Assembly: GCF_009914755.1 (NCBI RefSeq)
Contig: NC_060941.1
From: the human T2T-CHM13v2.0 reference genome, Homo sapiens
DNA: 64,000 bases
Direction: 5' to 3' (one strand)
Shown here piece after piece: positions 47,271 through 60,412 of this stretch. The notes under the pieces were generated by a model. The model had not been told where the DNA came from and did no database searches. It saw nothing but the letters and a program-made list of their open reading frames with translations. The first letter of the stretch is position 1. Every line of letters starts with the position of its first letter. The position numbers were made by a program, and so were the translations under genes.

Positions 47271-49252
47271 TTTTTTTTTTTTTTTTTATTGATCATTCTT
47301 GGGTGTTTCTCGCAGAGGGGGATTTGGCAGGGTCACAGGACAATAGTGGAGGGAAGGTCAGCAGATAAACAAGTGAACAAAGGTCTCTGGTTTTCCTAGG
47401 CAGAGGACCCTGCGGCCTTCCGCAGCGTTTGTGTCCCTGGGTACTTGAGATTAGGGAGTGGTGATGACTCTTAACGAGCATGCTGACTTCAAGCGTCTGT
47501 TTAACAAAGCACATCTTGCACCGCCCTTAATCCATTTAACCCTGAGTGGACACAGCACATGTTTCAGAGAGCACAGGGTTGGGGGTAAGGTCACAGATCA
47601 ACAGGATCCCAAGGCAGAAGAATTTTTCTTAGTACAGAACAAAATGAAAAGTCTCCCATGTCTACTTCTTTCTACACAGACACGGCAACCATCCGATTTC
47701 TCAATCTTTTCCCCACCTTTCCCCCCTTTCTATTCCACAAAACCGCCATTGTCATCATGGCCCGTTCTCAATGAGCTGTTGGGTACACCTCCCAGACCGG
47801 GTGGTGGCCGGGCAGAGGCGCCCCTCACCTCCCGGACGGGGCGGCTGGCCGGGCGGGGGGCTGACCCCCCCACCTCCCTCCCGGACGGGGCGGCTGGCCG
47901 GGCAGCGGGGCTCCTCACTTCCCAGTAGGGGCGGCCGGGCAGAGGCGCCCCTCACCTCCCGGACGGGGCGGCTGGCCGGGCAGGGGGCTGACCCCCCCCA
48001 CCTCCCTCCCGGACGGGGCGGCTGGCCGGGCGGGGGGCTGACCCCACCACCTCCCTCCCGGACGGGGCGGCTGGCCGGGCAGAGGGGCTCCTCACTTCCC
48101 AGTAGGGGCAGCCGGGCAGAGGTGCCCCTCACCTCCCGGACGGGGCGGCTGGCCAGGCGGGGGGCTGACCCCCCCACCTCCCTCCCGGACGGGGCGGCTG
48201 GCCGGGTGGGGGGCTGACCCCCCCACCTCCCTCCCGGTCGGGGCGGCCGGCCAGGCAGAGGGGCTCCTCACTTTCCAGTAGGGGCGGCCGGGCAGAGGCG
48301 CCCCTCACCTCCCGGAGGGGGCGGCTGGCCGGGCGGGGGGCTGATCCCCCCACCTCCCTCCTGGAGGGGGCGGCTGGCCAGGAGGGGGGCTGACCCCCCC
48401 CCACCTCCCTCCCGGACGGGGTGGCTGCCGGGCGGAGACGCTCCTCACTTCCCAGATGGGGTGGCTGCCGGGCGGAGGGGCTCCTCACTTCTCAGACGGG
48501 GCGGCTGCTGGGCGGAGGGGCTCCTCACTTCTCAGACAGGGCGGTTGCTAGGCAGAGGGTCTCCTCACTTCTCAGACGGGGCGGCCGGGCAGAGATGCTC
48601 CTCACATCCCGGACGGGGCGACAGGGCAGAGGCGCTCCCCACATCTCAGAGGATGGGCGGCCGGGCAGAGACGCTCCTCACTTCCTAGATGGGATGGCGG
48701 CCGGGAAGAGGCGCTCCTCACTTTCCAGACTGGGCAGCCAGGCAGAGGGGCTCCTCACATCCCAGACGATGCGCGGCCAGGCAGAGACGCTCCTCACTTC
48801 CCAGACGGGGTGGCGGCCGGGCAGAGGCTGCAATCTCCGCACTTTGGGAGGCCAAGGCAGGCTGCTGGGAGGTGGATGTTGTAGCGAGCCGAGATCACGC
48901 CACTGCACTCCAGCCTGGGCACCATTGAGCACTGAGTGAAGGAGACTCCGTCTGCAATCCCGGCACCTCGGGAGGCCGAGGCTGGCGGATCACTCGCGGT
49001 TAGGAGCTGGAGACCAGCCCGGCCAACACATCGAAACCCCGTCTCCACCCAAAAAACACGAAAACCAGTTACGCGTGGCGGCGCGCACCTGCAATCGCAG
49101 GCACTCGGCAGGCTGAGGCAGGAGAATCAGGCAGGGAGGTTGCAGTGAGCCGAGATGGCAGCAGTACAGTCCAGCTTCGGCTCGGCATCAGAGGGAGACC
49201 GTGGAAAGAGGAGAGGGGGAGGGGGAGGGGGAGGGGGATGGAGAGGGAGAGC
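47271..49252 (-). mobile_element. Full-length SVA retrotransposon (young, SVA_D-F-like)
   Basis: Poly(T) tail and TTTATT at 47271-47290; SINE-R ~47290-47790; GC-rich VNTR ~47790-48820; Alu-like domain ~48820-49200; short degenerate CCCTCT/CCCCCT head 49207-49252; TSD CACATTGTT at 47262-47270 and 49253-49261. Confidence 0.97.
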
Positions 49253-51148
49253 CACATTGTTATGAATTAATGAATGAGCTCAGAAAGGTTGTAGGTTACA
49301 AATTATAATGCATATACAAAAATCAATTGTATTTTATATACTAGCAATGATTACAATCTGAACATGAAATTATGAAAACAATTCAATTAAAAATGGCATC
49401 AAAAATAATTACTCAGGGAATATATGTAGTGAAAAATGTGCAAGACATGTACACTGAAAATTAGAACACATTATTAAAAGAAATTAAAGAAGACTTAACT
49501 AAATGGAAAGACATCCATGTTCATGGACTGGAAAACTTCATATTGTTAAGATGGCAATACTCCCCAAATTGATCTACCAGTCAACACAATCCCTATCAAA
49601 AATCCCAGCTGGATTTTTAACAGAAATTGATAAGCTGGTCCTACCAGTCATATGGAAATGCAAAGGACTCAGAATAGACAACAAATCATAAAAATTAGAG
49701 CAAAGATGGAGGATTCACACTTCCAGATTTCACAATTTACTACTTAGCTACAGTCATGAGGACAGTGTGGTACTGGCATAAAGATAAATATGTAGATCAT
49801 TGAAATAGAATTGGCAGTTCAGAAACTCTTACATTTATAGGCAACTGATTTTTTATAATGGTGTCAAGACAATTTAGTGGTGAAAGGATAGCCTTTTCAA
49901 CCATTGATGTGGGACAACTGGGTATCCACATGTAAAACAAATGATGTTGGACTCTACCTCACACCATACACAAAAGTCAACTCAAAATAGATCACTGACC
50001 TAAATGCAAGAGCTAAAATTCTTAGAAGAAAATGTAGGAGTAAATCTTTGTGATCTTGGGTTAGGCAATAGTTTCTTGGACGTGACATCAAAAGCACAAG
50101 TGACGAGAAAAAAACAGACAAATTGGACTTCACCCAAAGTAAAACTTTTGTATTTCCAAGGACACTAGCAAGAAAGTGAAAATACAGGCCCAAGGAATGG
50201 GAGAAAACATTTGCAAAATTAAATCTTTGATGAAAGTCTAGTATCCACAATACATAAAGAACACCATCAACTCAATAATAATAATAAAAAATCCAATGAA
50301 AAACGGGCAAAGAATCTGAATAGACATCTCTCCTCAAAAGATATACAAATGGTCCATAAGCATATGAGAAAAGATGGCCAACATCATTAGCTATTAAGGA
50401 AATGCAAATAAAAACCACAATGAGACACCGCTTCACAGTCCCTAGGATGGGTATAATAAAAAAGGCAAATAATAATGTGTTGGTGAGGATGAGGAGACAT
50501 TGAAACCCTCCAACACTGCTTGTAGGAATATAAAATGCAGGCACTTTTGAAAACAGTCTGGCCATTCCTCAAAAGGATAGCATAGAGTTAACATAAAACC
50601 CAGAAATTCCACACCTTGGTATATTCCCACCCTACCCCCCGGCAAAATGAAAGAGTATATTCACACAAAATCTTGCCCATGAATGTTCCTAGCAATATTA
50701 TGCATAATAGCTAAAAAGTGGAAACAACCCAAATGTCCATCAACTGGTGGGTAAGCAAAATGTGGTATACCTATATGATGGAATATTACTTGGCCATAAA
50801 AAGAATAAAGTACTGATTCATATTATAGCATGGATGAACCTTGAAAATATACTAAGGTAAAATGAGTCAGCCACAATCACAAAAGACCATATATTGTATG
50901 ATTCCATTTATATGAAATGTCCGGAATAGTCAAATCCACGGAGACAGAAAGTAGACTAGCGGGAATTGGAGGAAATAGGGGAGAGACTGCCAAGGATTTG
51001 GGGTTTCTTTGGGGGTGATGAAGTGTTCTAAAATTAGATAACGAGTGATGGTTGCACAGCTCTGTAAATATACTGAAAACCACTGAATTGTGCACATTAT
51101 AAAGATAAATTTTATGATATGTGAATTATATCTCAATTAAGCTGAGGG

Positions 51149-51180
51149 GTGTGTGTATGTGTGTGTGTGTGTGTGTGTGT
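51149..51180. repeat. (GT)n microsatellite
   Basis: Read directly. Confidence 0.9.
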
Positions 51181-51242
51181 AATATTAAGTTGAAATGTAA
51201 GGGGGGGCCCTCCATTTTCCTGGTGAGAAGATCCCAAAAAAG

Positions 51243-51503
51243 TTTTTGTTTTTGTTTTAGTTTTAGAAAGAGTCTTGCTTTGTCACCCAGGCTAGAATGC
51301 AGTGACAGTCTCTGCTCACTGCAACCTCTGCCTCCTGTGTTCAAGCAATTCTCATACCTCAGCCTCCAGAGTAGCTGGCATTGCAGGCATGTGCCATCAC
51401 ACCTGGCTAATTTTTGTATTTTTAGTAGAGACGGGGTTTTGCCATGTTGTCCAGGCTGGTCTCAAACTTCTGCCCTCAAGTGATCTGACCACTTCTGTCT
51501 TCC
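51243..51503 (-). mobile_element. Alu (5'-truncated)
   Basis: Antisense dimer lacking its first ~35 nt. Confidence 0.9.
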
Positions 51504-52572
51504 CAATAATTTTTTTTTGTCACCTTGAATAAACTACAACATGCCTGACAAGGCAAAGTTTTTCTTCAAAATTATCCTCAAAAAGGCAGGCAAAATTGCA
51601 CTAGTCTCATTTGGTAGGGCTCCCCACCCCCATTCCCCACCTCACTGTCAGGGACCAACGGTGAAAGACCATAGTGTACATTTTTATGACAGTGGGGACA
51701 AGGATTTCCCTCATATGTAACTCTGCCTCCCTCTCTTGAGGCTCTCAAGAGAGTGGACATCGGCGGCTTCTTACTTCTTATAACCACTGCTGGACTTTCC
51801 CCTGTCAGCTCTTCCTTCCTCGATCTCAGAAGGTCTGTCAATCAGGCTTTCTGCCCTCCTCTTTTGTGACCAAAAGGTGGACATATGACTTCACCGGGAA
51901 TTTGAGTGGAGAGTGGGGAGACTCCAGGAGAACAGTGGATTTGCCTTACTGGGATGCTCTGAGGCAACTGTTCCCTGGCTGCTGCTCCCTGGAGTCAGGG
52001 TGGCTACTCCAGGCCTGTTTGTTTTCCTTCAGGTATTTCTTGCACCTAAGAACACTAACTTGGTCTTTTCAGGTATTCAAGGCTAGTCATTTCCATATCA
52101 TTGTCTTGATTTTCTCTTGATGGCAAAGACAGGGTTTCTCAGGGTTGTCCAGAAAATGAAGGAGGAAAACTTTTAAATTATGAGGAGTCATGACCTGAAC
52201 ACCATGACTTCCACTGGGCATCTTCTCTGTAGTTTCTATTTGGTGATCATTTGCTTTAATATTTTAATTGAAACTCTAAACAATTCATTGAATCTAAACT
52301 AGATCAAGTCATGTTGTTTCTTAGGGCAATAAAAAGATGAGCAAAATGATATCCCAACTCTCCAGGAACTCATTTGGTGTGAATTCTGACTGAGTGGATC
52401 AGAGAAGGTATCCTTTGTAATGGGGTTATTGAAATAGAGAATCATAGACTTTGGGGCTTCTGGGGACCTTACAGATCAGCCAGTCCTACATCTTTCAGAT
52501 GAAGAAATCCAGAGTCTGAGAGGTGAAATGACTTGACTAGCAGCTGAATATGGCTTGGGACTTCCTCCTTGA

Positions 52573-52950
<378 letters not shown>

Positions 52951-53499
52951 AAGGAGGGACAATATTTAGGGCTTGGTAAATAGTTGCCCAGGGAAATATG
53001 TCTTACAAGGTCACCCAAGAAATCAGCAAAGAATTGAGGTGGATTTCAGCAGTTCTAGTCACATGGGACTTGAGAGGGGAGACTGGCACCAGGGTCTGCA
53101 TTGCAATGGGAGTGTCAAGGTGTGTCTTTCCCAACCTTCTACAATTTCCTGGAGATCTTGAAGCAGGTCAATGCTAAAGGGCTAGGCAAAACAACTTCTG
53201 TCACCTCCACGGTCTCTTTCCTCTAGATGATCCAGTCAGCTGGAGTTGGATTGTCTTTACCTGTAAGGACATTAGTCAAATACCCAGCAGACAGTGTGAG
53301 GAGGAAATCAATTGACAAACCAGGGTTGGAGTTTCACTAGGACTAACAATGAATTATTTTACCTGGCAACTTGTTTAGGGCAGGAAGGGCCCAGTGTTAA
53401 TAGTATACATTGCTGGTTCTTGACAAAGAGAGCCTGGACACTGTTCTTTGGGGTGGAGAAACAGTGTCCTTCCAAGCTGTACTTTTCAGTCATTAATGG

Positions 53500-54670
53500 G
53501 CACAATTAGTTTATAGAATGTTTACAGAGAACTTCCCATGTTTCAGGAACTATGCTAGGTCCTGCAGCCACACATAAGTAAGACGTGATTCTCACCTGAA
53601 AGGAACTACAGACAAACATAAGACTGACATATTTAATGGTAAGTGGTCAGTGAAAACTCCTGGATGTTACAGAGCACAGAAGAGGGGTATGCATTCCCTC
53701 TGGGGTTCAGGGGCTTGGTAGATGACATCCAAAGGAGTCAGCCAGGAAAAAAGCTCCAAGCCTCACAGGCAAGAGAGCCACATGAGCTCAGGTGTGGAAT
53801 CTGCATGTAGGGAAACGACAGGCGGTGGATGGTGTTACTAGAGCAGGAAGAACGAGATGGAAAGTGTGGGGACATAAGGCAGAGAAGCAGGTGTGCACGT
53901 GTGGAGGTTAAGTTATGGGAAAGGAGTTAGTGTTTATTCTGAGCAGGAAAGAGGGGCGTGCCTGAGGAGATCTGCATTTTAGATAGATCACAGCAGTGTA
54001 GATCTAAGGCAGAGGAGCCAAGAATGGAGACAGAGAACCAACTGGAAGAGATGATGAGTGTCTGACGCAGGGGATTCATAATGAGAAGGAAGGCATGGAT
54101 TGGAAAAATATCCAAGAGATGAGCAGTGATGGAGACATGGTGGGTGAGGGAGAGACACAAATCTAGGGTTTCTGGCTTGTGCCTGGGTGGATAATGGGGC
54201 CATAAACTGAGATAGGAAATACAGGGAAGGGGAACAAGTCTGGGACAGAGATGTTGGCGATGGCTAACATTTATTAATCACATATATGAACCAGGCACTG
54301 TGCCAGGACTTCTTCATGCATTTTCTCTTAACTCCATGAAGTGGATATGATTCTCAATTTATAGATGAGGAAAATGAAATTTGGAAATGTTGAATAGCTT
54401 AGCCAAATCTGCACAGCTGGTAGAGTGGTGGAAAAAGGTCAGAATCCATGCATTCTGGCCCACTGCTTTATATGTGTGTATGCGAAGAGTCTGAAGAGCC
54501 TGTGGGGCATCCACAGTGGAGAGGTCCAGGCATTAGGGGGTCATCGGGGCCCAGATCATGGTAAAAACCATGAATGTGGGTGAAATTTCTAAGTTGAGCA
54601 GTGAAGGAAGCAAAGAGCCCTGGGGAACCCCGAAGTTAAAGAAGTAGCCAGATGGAAAGGGGTCCACCAA
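53500..54670 (-). mobile_element. L2 remnant with a nested MIR (~54260-54470)
   Basis: Degenerate purine-rich L2 motifs (tttattctgag, ctagggtttctggctt, actgagatagg). Confidence 0.55.
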
Positions 54671-55059
54671 AGAGCCAAAAACAATAGTCTGATTTTGATT
54701 TTTAAGTCAGAAGACATGACCATGTTATCTGGGCAACAGGAAACTGGGCAATCACAAACAGTGTAGCTGTATCAAATAAAAACATTCACCAAGTTAAGCT
54801 AACATATTAATTATAACAGTGACTATGTTGCATAGTAATTATCCTGAACAGTAAGCATTTTACACAAATAGCAGTAATTAGTATATCACAAGTTTCCCAA
54901 ACTGTGTCCTGTGGAATAGTAGTTCCTGGAGATGTTAATAAATGTTTGGATTAAAAAAAGGGCTTTGGAGTCAGATAAGTTTAAGGAATACTGGTATAAT
55001 TTAGATAGAGGGCCAAACTCTGTTTTACACTTTCTCTCCTCTTTTCTCTGTTAGGATGC

Positions 55060-55310
55060 AGTATAGTATAATGGCTAAGATTGTAGGCAGTGGAAACAAT
55101 CTGGAGTTGAATCCTGCCGCTGACAAACTGGATAATCTTGGGTCAGTTACTGAACTTCTCTAAACTGTAGTTTGCTCATCTGTACAGGGTGATAGTCATA
55201 TATGCACTTCAAAAGGCAGCTTCTGGGATTAAATGGAACGCATTGCATTTAAAACACTTAGAATAGAGCCTGACATAGAGCAAGGGATTCATGAGGATTA
55301 CTTATTATTA
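55060..55310. mobile_element. MIR
   Basis: tcttgggtcagttactgaacttctctaaactgtagtttgctcatctgta core. Confidence 0.7.
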
Positions 55311-55363
55311 TTTATAAACCATACTATTAACACATCTCCCTGTTATTCTACAGTTTAGTCCTT

Positions 55364-55385
55364 GACACACACACACACACACACA
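55364..55385. repeat. (CA)n microsatellite
   Basis: Read directly. Confidence 0.9.
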
Positions 55386-57149
55386 AGAGCACTGATATTC
55401 ACATTTCCTAAAAGTGAAAACCCGTGGCTCTGACTTCTGTTAGTTGAAGTTCTTCGTGCCCTTCTGTCCACCACACCACAGCCTGGAAATGAGCAAGCTC
55501 TTATCCCTATTATACTTCAGGGAAGGGGAGCAGGGAGAGGGAGGATTTATGCCCTGGCAGCATGGCCTTTGAAGGGCCACTGCTAGCTCATAGTAACCCT
55601 TGGGAACACTTGAAAGAAGTCATCTTCTGGTTGGACACTGGCTTGTACCGTGACACACAGGCTAGCAAGCAGTGTGCCGGCTGTATTTTAGCACCCGCTT
55701 GCTCCATCGGTTGGATACTCTTGCGCAGTGAATGACCTGTGCAACCATACGTGGCAGATCTGACCTTCAGGCCCTGGAAGGGCCTGGAAACTAAGGACTG
55801 TTGGAGAAAGGGGGTACTAGCTTCGCTTTCTCCAGGCAGTCCAGGCGATTAGCCCCGCACAAGCCCTAAGTGTATAAATCATCCTTCCTCGTCTCCCTCC
55901 CTTCCTCCCATAGAGGCCACGCCTCCCATTCATGAACACAAAGACTGACATCAGAAAACCCTTAGTGTGAGGGGATACCCCAGGCCTTAACTGGTCTCTG
56001 AAATCCCCCAACTGAGGTTGTTAGAGGACAGAACTGTGGAAAGCAGTAACCAGAGGGAATGATTTTTCCAGGTTTCCCCTGACACATAACGAACACTAAC
56101 TTTTGATGCTTCAAACCAGAGCAGGCCAGGGCCAGGGCAAGTCTGACTTCCTGACCATGGTTTGGAGAGGCGAAGGGGAAAAGATGGGAGTGGGAGCTAT
56201 CCCCGGCAGCTTCTTAATCCCTACTGTATGGCCAAAATGCTTGGTTCCCAATAAAGGCTCGTCAGCCCTTGAGGTAGACACTTCTGTATAAAACAGACCA
56301 GAAAGAAAACCGCAGGCCTGAGGATCTTTCCTGGGAGTGGGATGGAGTGAGGGCAGGCAGGCTCCCAACGCGCACGTTCACACCCACTCTCCCAGAAGTA
56401 GTCTCTTGAGCCTCCAGAGGGGCTGCTTCCTGGGTGCACCTCTTTTCAGCTAGAAGCAAGTCAAGCCTGACCTGCGGGATCTGGCAGGGCTCTCTGTACT
56501 TGGATTCTCTCCTTTATAAAGTGAGGGGTGTGGATGGGTGGTTTTTGAAGGCTCCTCACAGCTCTGACAGGCACCACCTCTGGGGGCTTCTATTCACTCT
56601 CCTCCAACCTTGTCTACCTGGACAGGCAGGGACAGACGACAAGAAATCGCTCACTCTCACCCCCATCCCAGGACCCCAAGGCCATAAATGTGCAAGGACA
56701 GCAGAGGCCTGCGTACCAAAGACACATCCCCATCAATTTTGCTTCGGCTCTGTCTCCATTGCTCCTGTAGACAAATACCGGCTGGGGGCCCAGCTGGGAG
56801 TTTAGGTCCTTCAGCCTCAAAGAACAAAGGAGGAAGAAGGGACCTTCCCGGAAGGTGAGGGGAGGGAGTCCTGGGGCTCCTATGCCTCTCCCTCTCCATA
56901 GGGCTGGCTGTCCCTCTCTTTCTCACAGATACGGGAGGAGGGAGTGTCCTGTCTTTTCCTCTGAGGCTGGTGACTTCATCTCCTCCCCTCTCTAAGGTTG
57001 GGGTCTCTACCTCAGCCCCATCTGTTCCCTGGGTCTGAAATCTCCATCCCCCTCTCCCTTTTTTCTCCTTGGGACTGGGGGTCTCCACACCCTTCCCTCT
57101 CCTCCTCTCTCAGGACCATGTCTCTTTATTCCTTTTCAGGCCTGGCCTC

Positions 57150-58340
57150 TCCAGCCCCGGGGGGAGGGGTCCGCATTCCTCTCCTTTCTTAAGGCCACGG
57201 CTCCCTCCCCCACCCGCTCCAGCTCCTCCTCCCCACCCCCTCCCTCCGCCCCGAGGCATTGTGGGAGGAAACAAGATGTGGGGCGAGAGCGGCGCGGGGA
57301 GAAGCCCGCAGTGCGGGGCCGGGCGGGCTCAGCCAATGGGGAGCGCGGACGGCGGCGCGCGCGGCGGGGGGGCGGGGGCGGGGCACTATTTCAGCGGGGG
57401 CCGCGCGTCGGCCGCGCTCAGCGGCAGAGCGGAGCGGAGCTGTGAGGCGCCAGTGCGGAGCGGGCGGGCGGGCGGGCGGCGTGAGGCGGAGCGCGGGCGG
57501 CCGGCGAAACTCCAAGGGCGGACCGCGGCAGGGAGCGATCGGCCTCGGGCTGCGGGAGCCGGAGACCGCGGCGGCGGCGGCTGCTGCAGCTGCAGGAGGA
57601 GCCCAGGGAACACCGCCCCTGCCTGTGCTCTGCCTCGGGCCATCGCTCCTCCCCAGGGCCCAGTGCGGACTCGCCTCCGTGAAGGTGAGCGGTGGGTGGG
57701 GGCGTCCCCCGGGTGGCGGGCCTGTGTCCGTCGCGTGCGACTCTACACGACCCGGCCCTCGCCGCGGTGGCCCTGCGGCCTCCTTAGCCGGCCCCAAGGC
57801 CTGGAACAGGGCTGGCCCCGCAGCCCTTGGCGTTGACGGTCCGGGCAGCGCAGCGCGCCCCCGCCGCCCCTCCCTCTCGGCGCAGCCCGGGCTGCGCCAC
57901 CCTTTGCCCCGGCCACCCTCGTGGCGCTGCTGGAGGCCCGGGCTGCGGAGCTGCCGCTGCCCCCGCCCCCGGGAGTCTCTCTGCGCTGCGTGGAGGCCCC
58001 TGATGTCAGGGGCCGGGGAAGAGGGGGTGGAGAGGGCTCGGGCGTGACGCGGCTCCTCCTGCCGCCACCGCCACCCTCTGGGGCGTCCTTCCTGCAGCGA
58101 GGACGCCCAGTCACTCCGGCGCTGTTCCAGGCCGGGTGGGGGAGGGCGGCCGACCGGCCGGGGCCTGCGGACCTGGCCGGCGGCGCGGGCGGGAGGTCGG
58201 GGGGAAGGAGGATGCTTCCTCGTTCCCCAGGTGCTGCCCTTCGGGACCGCAGCGCTCTGGAGGATGGGATAGTGGAGGGATACGGCCCACTTGGAGAGCC
58301 CGAAGAGGGAAGTAGAAGTGTGTGTGTATTGGCGGGTGGG
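57150..58340. promoter_or_regulatory. DYNLL2: CpG island / DYNLL2 promoter (likely bidirectional)
   Basis: Very GC- and CpG-rich; CCAAT box 57333-57337; GC boxes (GGGGCGGGG) at ~57320-57383; TATA-like TATTTCA 57387-57393. Confidence 0.93.
57419..57684 (+). other. DYNLL2: DYNLL2 exon 1 (non-coding 5' UTR); TSS approximate
   Basis: Lies in the CpG island, contains no ATG, ends at a consensus donor AAG|GTGAGC (57684/57685). CA initiator-like dinucleotide at 57419-20, ~30 bp after TATTTCA. Confidence 0.85.
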
Positions 58341-60238
58341 GATGGTGGTCCGTGTCATTCGGAGATTTAGCCTTTTTTTTTGGTTGCAAAACCAGGAATA
58401 GAGGATGGGAGCTGTCCTGGGGTGCCCTTTGTGCTTTTCACAGGAGCCTTGGCTCGTGACTGAGGCTGCTGGCCTGGGGCCCTCTGGCCATCTTCCTCCT
58501 ATCTGGAGGCCCAGGTCCCTTGCTTTTTCCCAAGGAGGGAGGGGCTAGGCTGGACACCTTCCTGTGCTTTGCTTACCGGCACCTTGGACAGGGGTGGTAG
58601 GGGTTGGGCTTCACCTCTCTCAGATGCCTGGGGGGCCATTGTAGTCGTAAGACCAATATTATGTAACCGCAGGCTCTTTCCTGGAGAGTAAGGTGGCTTT
58701 TAATTACTGTAACAAAGTTGCTCCTTTGGACTTTGGGAATGAGGCAGTGGAGCAGGTGAGCTTGCAGGCAAAATGGTGCCAATTTCATACTTTCACTTTG
58801 CTGTCTAACCAGGCCCCACCCCCACCCCTGGGTTTGTAAACAGTGCCCCCTTCTGAGTGGTAACCTGGAATAGGCCACCAGGTGACACTAGTTTTTCTTC
58901 ACTTATACAGAGCCTTATAATGTAAGAACCTTTCTCCCTGTGCTGCTGTTGTACCTTTGCTCAGACCCATTTGAGTTTACCCCATTTATCTCATTTCAAC
59001 CATTAGTATTTAAAATGAAGATGTTGATTTGCCCAAGGTCACGTAACTAGTCATTCCTTGAACAGGGTTCTCCGAATCTTTCCTCAGCACCACATGGTGC
59101 TCACAGACTCCAGTTGAGGCTCTGACTTTTCCTCTCCAGAATGTGGGGGCAGAGGGTGCTGGTCTACTACCTCTTTGCTCTGCCAGTTTCTGCCGAAGTG
59201 GAACCAGCCCTGCTTAGTTTGGCAGTGCTATCTAGATGAAGGGGCCTTGGATGCGGTCAAGGGCTGCCTGGCTGGCAGCTGGCATGTGTGCATTCTCTGC
59301 ATGTGGTGCAGGCTGAAATGGTGGTGGTGAGTTCTGTTTTCCCTTTCAGCCATCTAGCCCACAGGCTATTGTGAACTCCGAGATCAAGGTGGCCTGGAAT
59401 GATACCAAGGATATGTCCTTGAGCAGGCAGCCTCCTGTGTAGCCTTCCATCAGATAGAGCTGGAATGACAGCATCTCTTGTCCATTGGGCTGGGCCACAG
59501 AGGGGTGCTTTTAGGGGTGGGATGATGGGGGAGATAGTTACTGCTCCATGTGTTGGGACTGTGGTCAAGGACAAAGGGCTCATCCCCTCTGTTCCTGCAT
59601 AGTACCTCACATGTTGCCACCTGTCAGGCACGTCCTGAGATTCCGCTCGTCCCAAGAAGGGTCCATGCAGGGTCTGCCTGGAACCTGTGGTTGCTATGGC
59701 ATGAATGGCATGGCCTTGATAGCAGGGATATGAAACAAGGCTATTAAAATCTTTACCTTTCTTAGGCACCTTTTTAAAATGCTTTATCTCCAGGTTTTTC
59801 CCAAGCCTCTGTTTTTTTAGGGGAAGGAAGGCTTCAGCATTCCTTTGAGGAAAATAAGATATTGTCTCCTAACATAATACCTTTCACATCACCTAATAGG
59901 TCAGTACTTTTTGAATGAATGAATAAGTTTGACATGAGGAAGCAACGCACCAAAGAGATGAGAAATCAGTGTTGAAGCTGGGTCCAAAATCTAGGGCTTT
60001 CAAAAATTATATTGGGCTTTAAAGAATGAACATTGTACTGAGGAGAGTGGGGAAGCAGAGGGGAGGATGGGACAGAGAGAGACATGTCCTGTGTGACCGA
60101 CCAGCCAAGTCTGAGGTTGCCTTCCCACCCTCTCTACCTCTTACGGGCATCTCAGCCTGGAGTACTTGAGAGAAGGCATAATTATCATTATCTCTGCCCC
60201 ACTGGACATTGGTGGCCTGGAATAGGGCCTGTATAGGG

Positions 60239-60412
60239 CAGGGGTTGGCAGCATTTTTCTGTGAAGGGCCAGATAGGAAATATTTTTGGCTTTGCAGGCC
60301 AAATAGTTTCTTGGAAGTACTCAACTCTGCTATCGTAGCATGTTCCTGCAACACTTTATTTTACAAAAACAGGTGGTAGGCTGGATCTGGCTGATGGACA
60401 GTCCCTTGTAGA
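60239..60412. mobile_element. MER58-like MITE in DYNLL2 intron 1
   Basis: caggggttggcagc..tttctgtgaagggccagata...aacaggtggtaggctggat. Confidence 0.75.

Noticed and set aside
47790-48820. Regularly spaced GC-rich repeats superficially like a CRISPR array or a repeat protein
   Set aside because: This is the SVA VNTR; there are no unique spacers, the context is eukaryotic, and the ORFs are by-products.
49503-49691. ORF with similarity to L1 ORF2 (HPCSWTGKLHIVKMAILPKLIY)
   Set aside because: Fragment of a dead, frameshifted L1M; not a functional reverse transcriptase.
56405-56430. CTCF-like motif CCTCCAGAGGGGCTG (and a similar one near 20925)
   Set aside because: Mismatches at core positions; too weak to call without a PWM scan or ChIP data.
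57069-58389. Long ORFs over the CpG island (255, 262, 389 and 149 aa)
   Set aside because: Low-complexity Arg/Gly/Pro/Ala products on both strands arise from stop-codon scarcity in GC-rich DNA; they ignore the clear exon-1 donor and resemble no known family.
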